Assembly (NCBI GenBank): GCA_032718475.1
Contig: JAUCBJ010000080.1
Span: 1 to 60,155, forward strand
From: Nemertoderma westbladi
Lineage: Eukaryota; Animalia; Xenacoelomorpha
DNA length: 60,155 nucleotides
Reading direction: 5' to 3'
The translations under genes and the position numbers were made by a program. Each line of letters starts with the position of its first letter. Position 1 is the first letter of the stretch. The notes below the pieces were generated by a model. The model was not told where the DNA came from. It ran no database searches and saw nothing but the letters and a program-made list of their open reading frames with translations. Positions 10,937-24,240 of the stretch are shown piece by piece.

Positions 10937-12055
10937 CCCTAGACTAGCGACTTTACGAATCTGCCAAGATCTATACGGATCATGCTTGATTCATCTGCAC
11001 TGATCATAATACATTGTAAATCTGCTACGATCATAGAATGATCATACAAAATCTTTTAAGAATTTACATATACAAAATATTGAAAAAATATTTATTTATT
11101 GAATGTATGGTTGCAATTTGTTAAATATCAAAACCATTTTTACATTAAACATTATAATTATTGTCTTGGAATGTAACAACATGGCTATTATATCTGCTAC
11201 GATCAGGATAAGATCAGGCCAGATAATGAGGCTGCCCAAATTTTAAAACACCAGAGGCAGAGGCCAATGATTATTATTTTTTTGCCGTATTTGACCGACC
11301 AGAGTACTCTCTTTCACAGCATTTTACATAAGATTACATATCATACGAAGATCTTTTCAGATCCTATCATGATCATATCATGATAATATCAAGTTAGAAA
11401 TTATCAATCAATAATTAATTATAAATTATCAATTAATAGGTATAGAAACAAAGAAATTTATAAATATACTTCAATATGAATTATCTAATATGGTGGCCAA
11501 GTAGTGTAATTATATTAATTTATATGAATCTAATATAAATTTATTGATATTAATGCAAAGTTAAATTGGCTTATCTTAAAACCAAATTGAAATTTGTTCT
11601 GCTTAAATATAATACCATTACCACACAATAGATATACAGATAGGGACAATAGGAAATGTGAGGCAGTTAGGTGTGTTGTGAGGGTGTTAGTTGTACAGTA
11701 GAATATTATGTAGGTAAGATGTGTTAAGTTAGTTCTACATCTTCCACTGCCATATCCCCATAGTAACAATCCACAGTGCAAACAGAAGAATGCTTCAAAT
11801 TTTGCTTAATTATTGATTGAGAACTATTAAGATCTTTGCAGAACTTTGTTATATATCATTAATTCTGCAAAGATCTGCACTGATCTTACTAAAACTCCAG
11901 AGATAAGCCGCGTGGTCTTACCAATCCTGCAAAGATATGCACTGATCGTTACCAACCCTGCTAAGATCATAGAGCAAAGGTGCCAAGATCTTACCAAGAC
12001 ATATAAAGATCTTATGCTAAGATCAGTGCAGATTGGTGATGTTGCAAGTCTAGGG
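10937..12055. mobile_element. Non-autonomous CMC/EnSpm-like DNA transposon
   Basis: Imperfect ~28-bp TIRs CCCTAGACT...AGTCTAGGG, 2-bp TSD TC, subterminal AGATC/GATCA repeats. Confidence 0.7.
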
Positions 12056-12128
12056 TCTGGCCTGGCCGGACCAAATTATTTTCAAATTATTTTGCTACAA
12101 TAATCCGTTAAAAATGGCTATATACTGT

Positions 12129-15100
12129 CAACTAAATAAGTAATTGAGGGCTATAGCGACTAGGGCACCATTGAAGGCAAAGGCTTGAGTACGCATCTGC
12201 TATAGAGATGATACACGCCTCGCTCTGTCTATACTGGATGCTCCTCTACCAGTGTTAGGTAATCTAACCTAGGAGGCACACTTGGTTCAGGGTGTAACAA
12301 AAGGACCCCTACAGTCGGCAGCAGGGCTGTAGGCCATGGATAGGCGGAAGGTAATCAACCAACGGCTAGACATGCTGACAAGGTCGGTGGAAGGTAATCA
12401 ACCAACGGCGATCTACTGCGAAGACGCTTGTAGGAGTTGCGACCACAGCGGTTTACTCTCGCAACTGAAAGATATGAGCATGAGAATCCTCCAGGAGAAA
12501 TACCGGCTCGGTCATCGCTCAGGTCAACAACGATCGTGTCCCTCAGTGGTACACCAGGCTGGGGTCGATAAAACGGCTACTAGAACAGAAGACAGAGAAG
12601 AAAGAAAAACCAACCTGTTGAAATGTAAAAAGACACTAAAGATTGCTACAATGAACGCACGCACGCTGAAAGCACATACCAAACAGGGTGACACGGTCGC
12701 TCTGGCAATGGAATATAACATCGACATCAACTGCATCCAAGAACATCGGATTTGCCATGAATACACTGCCATGAAGTACAATGACATTGGAAATGGATGG
12801 ACGTTAGTAACAAGCTCAGCAGTAAGAAACTCGGCCAATGCATCAATTGGAGGAGTAGGAATTCTGCTAAGTCCATTTGCACTTAAGACCCTAAACAACA
12901 TCGAATCTATAAATCCCAGGATTATGATAGCAACATTTGATGGGAATCCCAAGACAACAGTAATATGTTGCTACAGTCCAACCAATGCCTCAGAGCCAGA
13001 ACAAGCAGTCAAGTTTTATGAAGATCTGACTGGACTTATAAAGGACATTCCGAAACACAATGTTAAAGTCATTGCTGGCGACATGAATGCTCAAATTAGC
13101 CCAGAAGACACCAATGGTTACAGCTATAACACCAGTTCTAATAGAAATGGGTACTTACTTTTAGACCTAATGGAAGAATGTGAATTGATCCCAACAAACA
13201 CCACATTCGAAAAGAGTAAGGGGAAGCTATGGACCTTTCAATACCCTAATGGAAACAAAGCACAACTGGATTACATCCTTATAAACAAAAAGTGGAGAAA
13301 CAGCATGATCAACTGCGAGGCATACAGCTCGTTCAACCTAATTGGTTCGGACCACGGAATTGTGACTGCAGAGATCAGACCCAGTTTGAGAGCCAGCAAA
13401 CCCAGGACAAGCAAGCAAATCAACTATGACTGGGAGAAACTCAGAACTGACAAATGCAGTAAAGGATGCTTATACAGTAGAAGTTCAAAACCGCTTTGAA
13501 GCACTTCAGTCAATGGATGAAGACCAGTCCACCAATTCAATATACCAGATTATAATAAAAGCCCACAAGGAATCAGCTAAGAGGCATATCCCCCAGAAAC
13601 CCAAACGAAAACAGTATGTGCCAAGGCAAAACTCTGAGGTTACTTGTAAGAGAGAAGATCTTAAGATAGCCTACAAAGTAAAAACCGAAAAACCAACAAC
13701 CGAAAATATTAACAAGGTTGAGAAGTACATACAGGATAAAATTGAAGCAATTACAACTGCACACATACAGCAACAATCAAGACTTACCTGGCAAACTGTA
13801 AATGAGGTATCTGGTCGGTAGTCCCGAATAACGTGTTGGGAAGTGGAAAAATCACTTCAGCAACTTGCTTGGGCAGCCACCAAACATCGAGGTCAGCCCT
13901 ACAAGGAAAATATATGACAAGACACTACCTATAGAGACAGGGGACTTCACACCTGCCGAACTCCAAAGAAGCAGTAAAATCATGTCCAATAATAAAGCAG
14001 GTGGATTAGATGAAATCCCAGCGGATGTATGGAAAACAGGAGTGCTAAACAGACCATTATTGAATGTTTGCAACTTCAAGAAGGCATTCGACTCCATCCA
14101 TAAAAGTAAAATGCTTGAAATCCTAAGAGCTTATGGAATACCAGAAGTAATCGTTGCTGGCATTGGATTGTTATATTGTGACACAGAAGCGCAGGTAATC
14201 TCACCAGATGGTCAAACTGAGTTTTTCTCAATCCTGGATGGCAAGGTGACACATTAGCACCATTACTACTGTATTTGCAATTGTACTGGATTACGCAATG
14301 AGGACGGCCACAATGGTGAAGATCTGGGATTCACGCTTAAAGAACGCATAAGTAGTAGATATCCGGCAACTACAGTCACAGACACCGACTTTGCGGATGA
14401 CATCGCCCTGCTCTCTAATATGCTAGCAGATGCACAGCTTCTACTAAATAAAGTGGAGAGGGCTGCTAAGGAGGTTGGATTGCCATTGCATATAAATGCT
14501 ACCAAGACCGAATTCATGACTTTTAATGTTGATGGGAACTTGACAACCATTCATAATAATCAACTGAGCAAGGTTGACGACTTCCAGTACCTAGGATCAT
14601 GAATAGAGAGTAGCAAAAATGACATAGAAGTTAGGAAAGCAAAGGCTTGGGTAGCTCTATCAAAAATGGATACCATCTGGAAATCAGATCTCTCCAGGCA
14701 CCTGAAGACTAAGAAGTTCTTTCGAGCCACAGTGGAAAGTGTATTTTTTATAAGGGGGTGAGACCTGGACACTGACTCAATCACTTGAACAACGAATTGA
14801 TGGTTGCTACACAAGACTACTAAGGGCAGCCCTACATCAGCTGGAGACAACACATGACAAACGCCGAGCTTTATGGTACAATACCACCTGTATCAACCAC
14901 CCTCCGTGAACGCAGATTAAGATTCAGTGGGCACTGCAGGCGAGGTAAAGACGAGGTCATACCAGATCTACTTTTCTGGCAACCAACTCATGGAAAGCGT
15001 AGTCGTGGACGACCGGCCATAACATATATAGATCAACTTGAAAGGGATACTGAACTTGTGAGAAACTAAATTCCGACAACTATGGAGAATCGGGAAGCCT

Positions 15101-15150
15101 GGAAGGATCTCATTTCCACTGTCCGAGTTCGCTCGACTTAGTAGTAGTAG
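12129..15150 (+). mobile_element. Near-full-length decayed RTE family 1 element (5'UTR, APE endonuclease, RT with deletions and frameshifts)
   Basis: APE motifs (IATMNAR, CIQEHR, IAGDMNA, QLDYIL, SDH) in ORF 12336-13499; RT nearly identical to 2323-3792 but lacking ~300 bp; (TAG)n tail; 10-bp TSD TATATACTGT (12119-12128 / 15151-15160). Confidence 0.92.
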
Positions 15151-16286
15151 TATATACTGTAGCAATTAATCACGTCCTTGGACTATATTTTTCGTCTTAG
15201 GACTGGAATCTAGATATCATAAGAATCGCCTTGGTGCTCAGATTACGAATCTGAACCTGTTCGTAATTTGACCAAAGAGATATGCAGCAATAGTCCGGCA
15301 GATGTGCCGTTTTTCCACTGAACCTTGCTAGGGAGTTGCTGCAGCATAATAGGCCTATGCCTAGTAAATGTTTTGGGTGATTTTGGTAGGAAATGTTCTG
15401 GTGATCACCCAGCTTATATCATTGAGGATTTTGTGCAATTTACAAATAAAAAATTGCCCCCAGGAACGGTTAATACATTTTATGCGATTGCTTCCATATA
15501 TTTTAGTATCGTAGTAAAATTACGGTTGAAAATAAACAAATGGGACATGTTTCATTACAATTAAACTTAACCGGAATCCCCATATTATAGCGCACTTTTA
15601 TGACAATTTTTATTTCAATTGCACCTCAATTATTTTTGCTGGAGACGATAATGTAAATTTATGTTCATGCAATGCAATTGTTTAAATTTTTAAAATTAAT
15701 ATAACTGTATAAAAAGATATAGGAAACTTTATTTCTTGGGACCGGACCGGGGCTGTTCCCATTGGAAGAATAGTGAGTAAAAACCTTATGGAACACAACC
15801 CTATGGGGGATCGGAATTCGTATTGCCTTTGCAAATAAAGTCCTGAATGATTCGGTGTGGATTTTGGTCACTTAAGGAAAATCATGAATGATGCCAGTTG
15901 GGTATCAGTCGGATTATTGATGACAACTATATTAACTACCCGAATCAGTTATAACATTTACTATACATCCTTGCAATTGCAAGGCATAATTGAATTTCTG
16001 CCGGACGATAAGTACTGTAGATATTATCTAAGGGTGTACCGGTATATTTTGAGACGTAAATCAATATACGTAATTCTCTTCTAATCTCATCGCGAAATAT
16101 AAATTCACTGACACAATAAGGCTCTACAACTACAGCTGCAGTGGGCAGTGCTAGGCTTGTTCATTACAGCATTAGGCCTCCTGACCTGCATTCCCTTACT
16201 TGATTACCAGTATTTAGTAGTCAATAAAGCAGTAGGCTACAGCGGTCCCTACCCATCAAACCGGCCACCGTCTGACCGCATGGCGG

Positions 16287-17160
16287 TGTAACAGGAAAAT
16301 ATGCCCCCCCGGGAAATGTGCCCGGGGGGGCATATTTTCCTAGGAAAAAATGCCCCCCCGGGCAAATTTCCCTAGGAAAAAATGCCCCCCCTTAGGAAAT
16401 TATGCCCCCCCTGAATTATACAATAAACAAAACTTATTACTACTAAAACTTACAAAAATTATACAAAACAATAAACAGTCACTTTACCAAATGAAGGAAA
16501 GGAGCAGGTTACAGAGGCAGGCCTTTCTAACCAAAACAATAAACGATCATTTAACTAATTGAGGGAAAGGAGCAGGTTACAGAGGCGGGATTTTCTAACC
16601 AAAACAATAAACAGTCACTTTAGCAAATCAGGGAAAGGAGCAGGTTATAGAGACGGGATTTTCTAACCAAAACAATAAACGATAACATTACCAATTGAGA
16701 GAAAGGAGCAGGTTACAGAAGCGGGATTTTCTAACCAAAACAATAAACAATCACTTTACCAAATCAGGGAAAGGAGCAGGTTACAGACTTAAAAAAGCTT
16801 GGAGCTGCTGTTATACCAGTACTTACTACAGTAGCCTACTGACTTTGATACTTCAGTATGCTGCTCTACATCCCTTACTGCCTTACCTGCTTACCTACCG
16901 GCAGACTGGTACCGTACTATTCTTCCAACTATTACAAGTTCTGCAGTTGGTAGATTAAAAGTGGCTAGAAGCAGACCGGTATCGTACCAGTTTTCAGACT
17001 TTTGAGGGGGGCTAATTTTCCTGAGGGGAGGCATTATTTCCTAAGGAGAAAATGCCCCCCGGGCTAAATTTCCTAGGAAAAATTGCCCGGGGGGACATAA
17101 TATCCTAGGAAATAATGCCCCGGGGGGCATATTCTAGGGGGGGCTGATTTCCTTGTGACA
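16287..17160. mobile_element. Ginger-like MITE with an internal ~67-bp tandem array
   Basis: TGT...ACA termini, 4-bp TSD GCGG, G/C-run subterminal repeats containing CCTAGG; internal repeats at ~16466-16788. Confidence 0.65.
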
Positions 17161-17981
17161 GCGGCGCACTACAGGACTACAGCATTGATGATATAGCCTA
17201 TTCATTACAAACTCTTTATTATAATTTAAAATCGATTTTAGATTCCGGTAGGCCTACTGACATGACTGATAACGGCGATAGTAAAACCTGTAGGCCACAC
17301 CACTAGACCGTCCCTTGATTACCCTGTTACCAGTACTCAGTAAGTCATCCTTCAGTCCTTAATGCTGTAATCCGCTGTCTAACGGTAGCCGGACTGAATC
17401 TGATGATGACAGGGTAGGGAGGGAACCCTGTACTGATAATGCAATAGCCTAGCCTAGCACCGTACAGTACAGTAGTACAGTACAACAAACCCTACACTGG
17501 CTGACTGGCTGTACTGTATCGGTAAATGTATATTTCGCGAGGTTTTATTTGAAATTAAAAGGGAATTATTTTAATTAGAGCCCAATCTTTTTTGTTTATG
17601 AATGATTTCGGACACTGAAAGTGCAAAATAAAAAGAAAATGGATAGCTTTCGCCACTACTTTAACCTTTTGGATAACTTTCGCATAACTTTCGGGAGCTT
17701 TCGTTAGCTTTCGGTAACTGTCCTCTTTCAGAACTATCCTCTAAATTTGGTAATTCTAATTTTTTTGGCTTTAATATTAATTATCGTTTTTATATTTTTT
17801 GTTAAACTTTGTATCCGTGGTAGCTCTGGCTATAATATTCTGGAATATACGGAAAATGTAGGTAGATTTATTTCACTTATGCGGTTGTAGTTAGTCTAGT
17901 AGTGTAAGTAACTTAAAAATCGTAGCATCTTATGGGAACCAGTTCAAATTCATTTCATAAACTCAAATCTTTCAATTCAAA

Positions 17982-18449
17982 ATGGGTAGAACAAAGCGAA
18001 ACAAATCCACGAAAAAGGAGTTGGATTATGGAGCAACAGGGATGTCAAAGATTTACAAAACCAAACTCATCAAGGTACCTGGTATTGGTCCGATTTTCTG
18101 CCAGCGGATGGAAAGGAAGGGAATAACAAAGACGAATCAGCTCATAAAACGCTACTTGGACCTCAAGGGGGATTACACACAGTTTGCGGGATTTATGTAT
18201 AGAGTTTGCGGACCGCATCTCTCGAAAAGGCACTTCAATCAAGTCTACAAATGGATGGTTGCACTAAGTACAGGTTACTGCACACCCAAAGCTTATCGGC
18301 GTGAAAGTGATAGTCCTGAAGCCGGGATAAGGGAAACTTTATCAGGGACCAGCAAGGTAGAAATAAGTAACTGTCTGTGTGCGCAATCAAAGTCTAGGGG
18401 AAGAAAACGGACCCGTTCAAAGAACTCAAAAGTCTCAGGGAAACGATAA
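17982..18449 (+). CDS. Divergent barrier-to-autointegration factor (BAF)-like protein with basic N- and C-terminal extensions
   Basis: VPGIGPIFCQRMERKGITKTNQLIKRYLDLKGDYTQFAGFMYRVCG aligns by eye to BAF (LAGIG...[31 protein letters not shown]). Confidence 0.7.
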   Translation: MGRTKRNKSTKKELDYGATGMSKIYKTKLIKVPGIGPIFCQRMERKGITKTNQLIKRYLDLKGDYTQFAGFMYRVCGPHLSKRHFNQVYKWMVALSTGYCTPKAYRRESDSPEAGIRETLSGTSKVEISNCLCAQSKSRGRKRTRSKNSKVSGKR

Positions 18450-18749
18450 AACTTAACTATTCAAAGCCGAACTGATGTAAAGGAACGTAGGAAAGCAATT
18501 CAACTCAAATCAAAACTATTAATTATTATCTTTATAACAATATTTAGACATACTGTACAGCAGATTAGATTAGATGTATGTACTGACAAATTGTATACAT
18601 TACTGTATTACTCTTCATTAATACACTTGCTGATCGTTTAAAATTATTATATTGTTTCTTCATTAATATACGCGTAAATAATATTCTAGAATTAAGTAAA
18701 AAACATTAGAATTATTTCAATTTACGTGTGAAAAAGAGAGTCAATGACG

Positions 18750-18990
18750 GAAAATAAGGTTGATGGCCATACTCATACTTCTTTGAATCCGCTACGGTTA
18801 TCTTGATATGCTGCGGACGTTTCTGCTGCCGAAACTCAATAAGCAAATGGAATACGTTTTTTAGCAAGATGGAGCCCCACTGCACTGGGGTCTTGTTGTT
18901 CAAGACTTTTTGGATCAAATGTTCCCTGGCCGTTGGATTGGCAGGGGTGGGTGGCCCCATCCCTTGGCCACAACGCTCTCCAGATCAACT
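18750..18990 (+). pseudogene. Tc1/mariner-superfamily transposase fragment
   Basis: Frames read YLDMLRTFLLPKL..F*QDGAPLH..FLDQMFPGRWIGRG/GPIPWPQRSPD (QDGAPxH and WPxxSPD motifs), with a stop and a frameshift. Confidence 0.8.
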
Positions 18991-19821
18991 CCGTGACAGT
19001 ATATAATAAAATAATAGTGTTAATATGGTCAGATTTTATGGAGTAGGCCCATGAGTAGGCCTATCGGATATACCCAAAGTTTAACAAAATTTTTTTGGCA
19101 GGTTTGTAATTTTTGTCACAACCCAGTGAAAGATTTCGCAGGCGTATCACAAGTGATTTTAAAGCGTCATACATTTTTATTGTGGCTCAAAGAAATAACG
19201 AGAAAACTCTCGTGATTCGCATGTGATTCACATGTACAATACGGACGCGATTCCACACATGCGATTCGCATGCGATTCACACCTTATTTTACGCATGTAA
19301 TTCCGCGCATGAGATTCGCATGCGAATCACACCCCCATCTCAGGGAGTTAACTCCCATGTGAATCACATGTTTTTAATCGCACTAAAGAACATTAATTAA
19401 CGTAAAGTTGCATATTAAGAATTAAATTGTTTTCAAATATAAAATTGATGAATATGAATTATATACCCAATATAGCTGTCAAATATATATAAAATAAATA
19501 AAATAATATATAAATAAATATATATATTGTATAGAATTGAAAATTATAGGGAATAGTTAAAAGTGCATCATGGTTATTCAAATACTGTATGTTTGTATTA
19601 TCCTCTATATAATCAACCATTTCTAGTATTGATTCATATACTGTAGTAATAAGTACAGTACAATAGCCTACAGTACATATGACTAATTTTCTATGTCTAG
19701 GCTAATAGAGTATAATGTAAGATAAGTAGGCAAATCGTATAATAGCCCATAATATATACAGTAATGGAATAATCAACTACAGTAGGCCCGTATCCGCCTT
19801 GCTTTTTTATGTGAGGTATTC

Positions 19822-19970
19822 TGAGCTTTTTTTGAGCTGTTTTTATACTGTAGGTTTTTTTGAGCTGTTTTTATAGGTTTTTTTGAGCTGTTTTTATAGG
19901 TTTTTTTTGAGCTGTTTTTATAGGTTTTTTTGAGCTGTTTTTATAGGTTTTTTTGAGCGTTTTTTGGAGC
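19822..19970. repeat. ~23-bp tandem repeat GAGCTGTTTTTATAGGTTTTTTT
   Basis: About 5-6 units. Confidence 0.85.
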
Positions 19971-21188
19971 TTTCTTTATTCTTGTGTTCTAGAACATTAG
20001 TTATATTTGAATTTACAGACAAGATAAACAATCATATTAACCTAAAGTACTGTAATGACATTCCAACTGTTTATTTTCCTCTGTTCGCGCTTTCAGACCT
20101 TTGGCAGTTTAACCCGCCAAATTAGGATGTCTTCTAGATAATAAATCGCTTTAGCCTCTAACAAGTATTTGATTCACTACACTAGTTGAAACGAATCTGT
20201 GCGCGATCATTCACCCGTTGGATATACCCGGGAGATTGATTTCGACAGCTTAATCGTATTGCTATGTAAGCCTAATGTATTATTCGACTGACAGTATTAT
20301 ATAATCTCTGACAATATTATTCACCTTCGGGAAATATTAACAGTTACTTTAGGACGTGGCGCTCTATCTATATAAACAGAGTTATGACTTAAACTACTCA
20401 CAACGATATGGCTTAGTTACAATTCACATATATGGCGCATTCTTTAGGAAATGCTTCGTTATCAGTCTCACTCATACACAATGCTGCACAATACTGCACA
20501 CTGATATGCCGATCTTCACTGATTTTAGTCACATATAAAAGGAACACGGACCGAATCATGTAGGGTCTATCAAATAACATTAGATTCACTTCAAACCACT
20601 CAACATAGGTCGCAATCATTTATCTGTAACCTTTCTCTCTTACCTTCGGTATATCAAGAATATTGGGTTTTCGGGGTTATTTGTCGTTATTCCAAATATA
20701 ATAATTCATCAACCATATTATGAAGAACTGACAGTAAATAGCAGTATAATCAATATAAAAGTATGCACAGTGTTACACAGTATGCAGTGTATGCAGTACT
20801 GCAGTATGCAGATAACGGATATATGTCCTTATAATTAAGCCTACTAGTTTAGGGCTAAAGCATAAAAGCACAAAATACTCTAAAGCCGTTCTTCCTGGCT
20901 TAGAATCACCAACAACACTGAAAAGAATAACTATAAGAATACCAGCTACCCTTATTCCACGAAGCTCCCGTCCAACACAGAGAAAGAGCAGTGAGATAGG
21001 AAAATTCAGTTCAGTAGCTCTGTGATAGGTCAAAATCAAAACCAACTCAAATCCTATTGGCAGATACAGAAAGCAGGGCTATGGGGCAACGTGGCAATAT
21101 CAGCCGTTAGCCGTCGTCATGGTAGCGACACTGTTTTCAAGAGTATCGAGCTTTTACGTCACGAAATTGCAGATTATGTCCTCTAAAG

Positions 21189-21349
21189 TACAAATACAGA
21201 AGAAATGGCTTTTATGTCCTCCAAAACACCAGTACAGCAAGGACACGGCCTTTTTATGCCTGGTAAACAGTACAAATACAGAAGAAATGGCTTTTATGTC
21301 CTCCAAAACACCAGTACAGCAAGGACACGGCCTTTTTATGCCTGGTAAA
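21189..21349. repeat. Tandem duplication of ~81 bp
   Basis: TACAAATACAGAAGAAATGG...CCTGGTAAAC occurs twice. Confidence 0.85.
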
Positions 21350-21409
21350 CCAACCACAGAGTACTTTACGGGGATAATAACCGGCTAATTACGCAAAAGC
21401 TTTTACATC

Positions 21410-22165
21410 CTCTCATCAACTTCTTCCATCCAGCTGCAACATCGAATTGATTAGATATCGACTTTCCCACTCCTTTCTTCCCACACCCCTTCGATCTTCC
21501 ACTCTTTCCTTTCTTCTTCCCCTTTCCTCCACGTCTCCTTGATCTACTCCCTTTACCTCGACGACTCTTTGATCTACTCCCTTTACCTCGGCGAGAATAA
21601 CTCTATTCCACAGCGCTGATTGAACCCCGAACACAAAGGGCATTCCCCCTCACTATGGCTATCCCGATGCGTTGCTTCAGCCACAAGCTCTCGCGTGGGT
21701 CTCCTGACTCCGCTATGAGTCTTCGGCCAAGATCTTTTAACACGCTGATGGTGGATGGACCGAATACTCCTGTGGTCTCGAAGGCCAGGGGTTCGAATTG
21801 GTACTGCTGACCCAAATTGCGGTATTTCACACGCTTTAGCTCCTCCGCTGCTGCTGATGAAGAGGATGGCTTAATGGCAGAGCGAATAATGTGGGATGGT
21901 GCAAATGTATCCACACATGTACTGTAGCATCCCATACCAGGCTCCGGCCTTTCGAGTAGGGGTAGATGGTCATACCATCAGGACGTTTCCCATCTCCCCT
22001 ATCCAACCCAGTAGGTTCCAGGACAGATGGTAGACCAGCTCTGCTCAGTGAACGTTTCAGCACATCGTTGAGAGCTGCATGACGTGGGAACCTACCCATG
22101 CTGTTTCGGCAGGACAGTGCATGGTGCCCAAGAATATCCACTTCCTTGCCACACTTGCAGGTGTC
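21410..22165 (-). mobile_element. 3' fragment of an RLE-type (CRE-like) non-LTR retrotransposon
   Basis: [13 protein letters not shown] zinc knuckle, RPDG..LVWDAT, FEPLAFETTG and IAIVRGNA restriction-like endonuclease motifs; frameshifted at 21920-21926. Confidence 0.85.
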
Positions 22166-23012
22166 TTTCTTTATTCTATATTTCAGGTTTTAACATACGA
22201 AAATTCTCAGATTCATCTTGAAGCAATTAATTTCTAGAAATTCTTTTAAATAAACAAAATTGAAATAAAGCTAAAAAAAGCAGAGCGGAAACGGGCCTAG
22301 TGTCATATTTTCAGTCACTAGACAGTCTCAGTATATTATAAAATTACACAAAAATCACAACCAGCAGATTTTTGCGATATTTATGCGTCATAACGCATAC
22401 AGTATAAGTCGCAAGTGAATCACATGTGAGTTTTATGCGACTGAACGCAAAGTTGTTGCGATATTTATATGACATAACTCAAGTAGTTAGGTCGCTTGCG
22501 TAAAGGGTGGGCCATAACGCTCGGGAATCAACAGATACGCCTGCGTTGTACGCTTGCGATACGCTTGCGCACTTTTCACTGGGAATTTCACCTTACAAAA
22601 GGGGAATTTTTAACGGCTTGTTGTGGCTAAATAATTTGAAAGTTGCAAAATCCAGCCTAGCCAGCAGTATGTAAAGTTCTTACAGGTAAACCATCTTCTT
22701 ACCAAATATCGTATGATTTGTTTGAAATTTTTAAAATTACGAGGGGGATTCCGACCTGCTAAGAAAAGTTGTTATATTAATTAAGCGATATTGCTTTATT
22801 TGCTTCGGTTGCTTTGGCAGTCAAAAAGAGAAAAATGTTACAATTATGTTAATTGGAAGTGTGAAATAAATATAGCATAATAAGATTAAAAGAGACAACG
22901 AAATAACATATCATTATGTGTATTTGAGTTCAGTATTTAAGTATGCCCTAAAGTACCTAAACCAATCCAAATAAACGTTAAATACTATTACAGTATTTTC
23001 ATATTATATTTT

Positions 23013-23825
23013 TCATACAATATACCTTCCCCACATTCCTCTAATCCGCTGTTTTTCCCGATCGAGTTCGCTCCCCGTTGCCCAACTATTGCCATCCAGG
23101 TCCCGGGACGAGTATTTATCTCGGAAACATTTCAATCTCATTGCGTTGAAATCGATCCGATCTCCAGGGTTACCCCGCAATCTATCCAGCGTGCTAACGA
23201 AGTGGGCTATACGCACGGGGAAATTAGCTGACTGCACGCGTAGTTTATTGTATTCTAGAATACTTGGTTTCTCCTTGGCAATCTCCCAGAATGTTTTCGG
23301 GGGTTTCTTAGCTGATCTGCGGTTACCGGGGAGTTGACTCTGTTGTAGTGACGTCATCTTGGTTACTGGGGAGATTCTAACGCGTTTATTACCTTGAGGT
23401 AGACTCGTAATAAAAACGTCTGAGCCACCTAGAGGCACAGCGGTGTACGGTCTCCTAGTTGGTCTGTCTAGTTCGCTTGGGGGCGCTGGTGATCCTCTGG
23501 AAGGGCGTCTAGGACTAGCCTTCCTCAAGGCCTCATTCATAAACGATTTAAATTCGTTGTCTCTTTTTGGGTCTCTAATCATATTTTTCTTTTTCAAGGA
23601 ATCGTTCTCCAGTTCTTTGTCCCCCGACATTCTCGCGTACAGAAGTTTTGATTCGGTTAGTTTCTTTTGGAATTTATTATAGACGACTCTTTGGTCCGTG
23701 TTGTACCGTCTTTCTAACTCTAATTTGTTCTTTTCTAGACCCCAAAGCTTTTTCACTAGACTCAACTGTAGACTCTCGTTGGCGGATCTAACAGAATGAC
23801 TTGCTTCTGCTGATGATACAGACAT
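23013..23825 (-). CDS. Uncharacterised basic protein (270 aa) with an N-terminal coiled coil
   Basis: Long GC-richer ORF in an AT-rich background; first ATG at 23825, 4 nt after a TTGTTCAG acceptor; no family recognised. Confidence 0.65.
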   Translation of the reverse strand: MSVSSAEASHSVRSANESLQLSLVKKLWGLEKNKLELERRYNTDQRVVYNKFQKKLTESKLLYARMSGDKELENDSLKKKNMIRDPKRDNEFKSFMNEALRKASPRRPSRGSPAPPSELDRPTRRPYTAVPLGGSDVFITSLPQGNKRVRISPVTKMTSLQQSQLPGNRRSAKKPPKTFWEIAKEKPSILEYNKLRVQSANFPVRIAHFVSTLDRLRGNPGDRIDFNAMRLKCFRDKYSSRDLDGNSWATGSELDREKQRIRGMWGRYIV

Positions 23826-24037
23826 AATCCTGAACAAATTTATAGTCTGATATTCAACCTACAGTATCATTGAGAACAAAGGCCTACAGCATATACCCTA
23901 GGCTACAAATTAATAATAATATTACATTATTGTATGATCATAAAGAACAGCAAGATCTTAATTTCTTTGTTTCAATTACATACATAGGCCTACAGTGGAT
24001 AGTGTCTACAGTAGTATAGTATTATACAGTACTCAGA

Positions 24038-24240
24038 TAGTGGCGCACTTTGACCGCAAGCGAAAATAGTGATCTTCAGCGCTAATTGACCGCAAGTGAA
24101 ATAATGTATAGTTTATTGTTTTAGTTAGAAAACACCGCCACTGTAACCTGTTCCTTTCCCTTAATGTTTTTAATTAAATTAAACGAATTTTTAAAACCCA
24201 CTAGAATTTATTTTGTGTTTGCGGTCATTTCGCGCCATTG
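24038..24240. mobile_element. Small P-like MITE
   Basis: TIRs TAGTGGCGCACTTTGACCGCAA / TTGCGGTCATTTCGCGCCATTG; 7-bp TSD ACTCAGA/ACTCACA. Confidence 0.55.

Larger units (their letters stand above)
19122..22583. mobile_element. Non-autonomous CMC/EnSpm-like element with nested insertions
   Basis: CCCAGTGAAA / TTTCACTGGG termini, 2-bp TSD AA, subterminal GCGATTCGCA/TACGCTTGCG repeats. Confidence 0.6.

Noticed and set aside
12147-12300. HDV-like ribozyme at the RTE 5' end
   Set aside because: A GCCTCGC loop-like motif is present, but I could not build P1-P3 pairings by eye.
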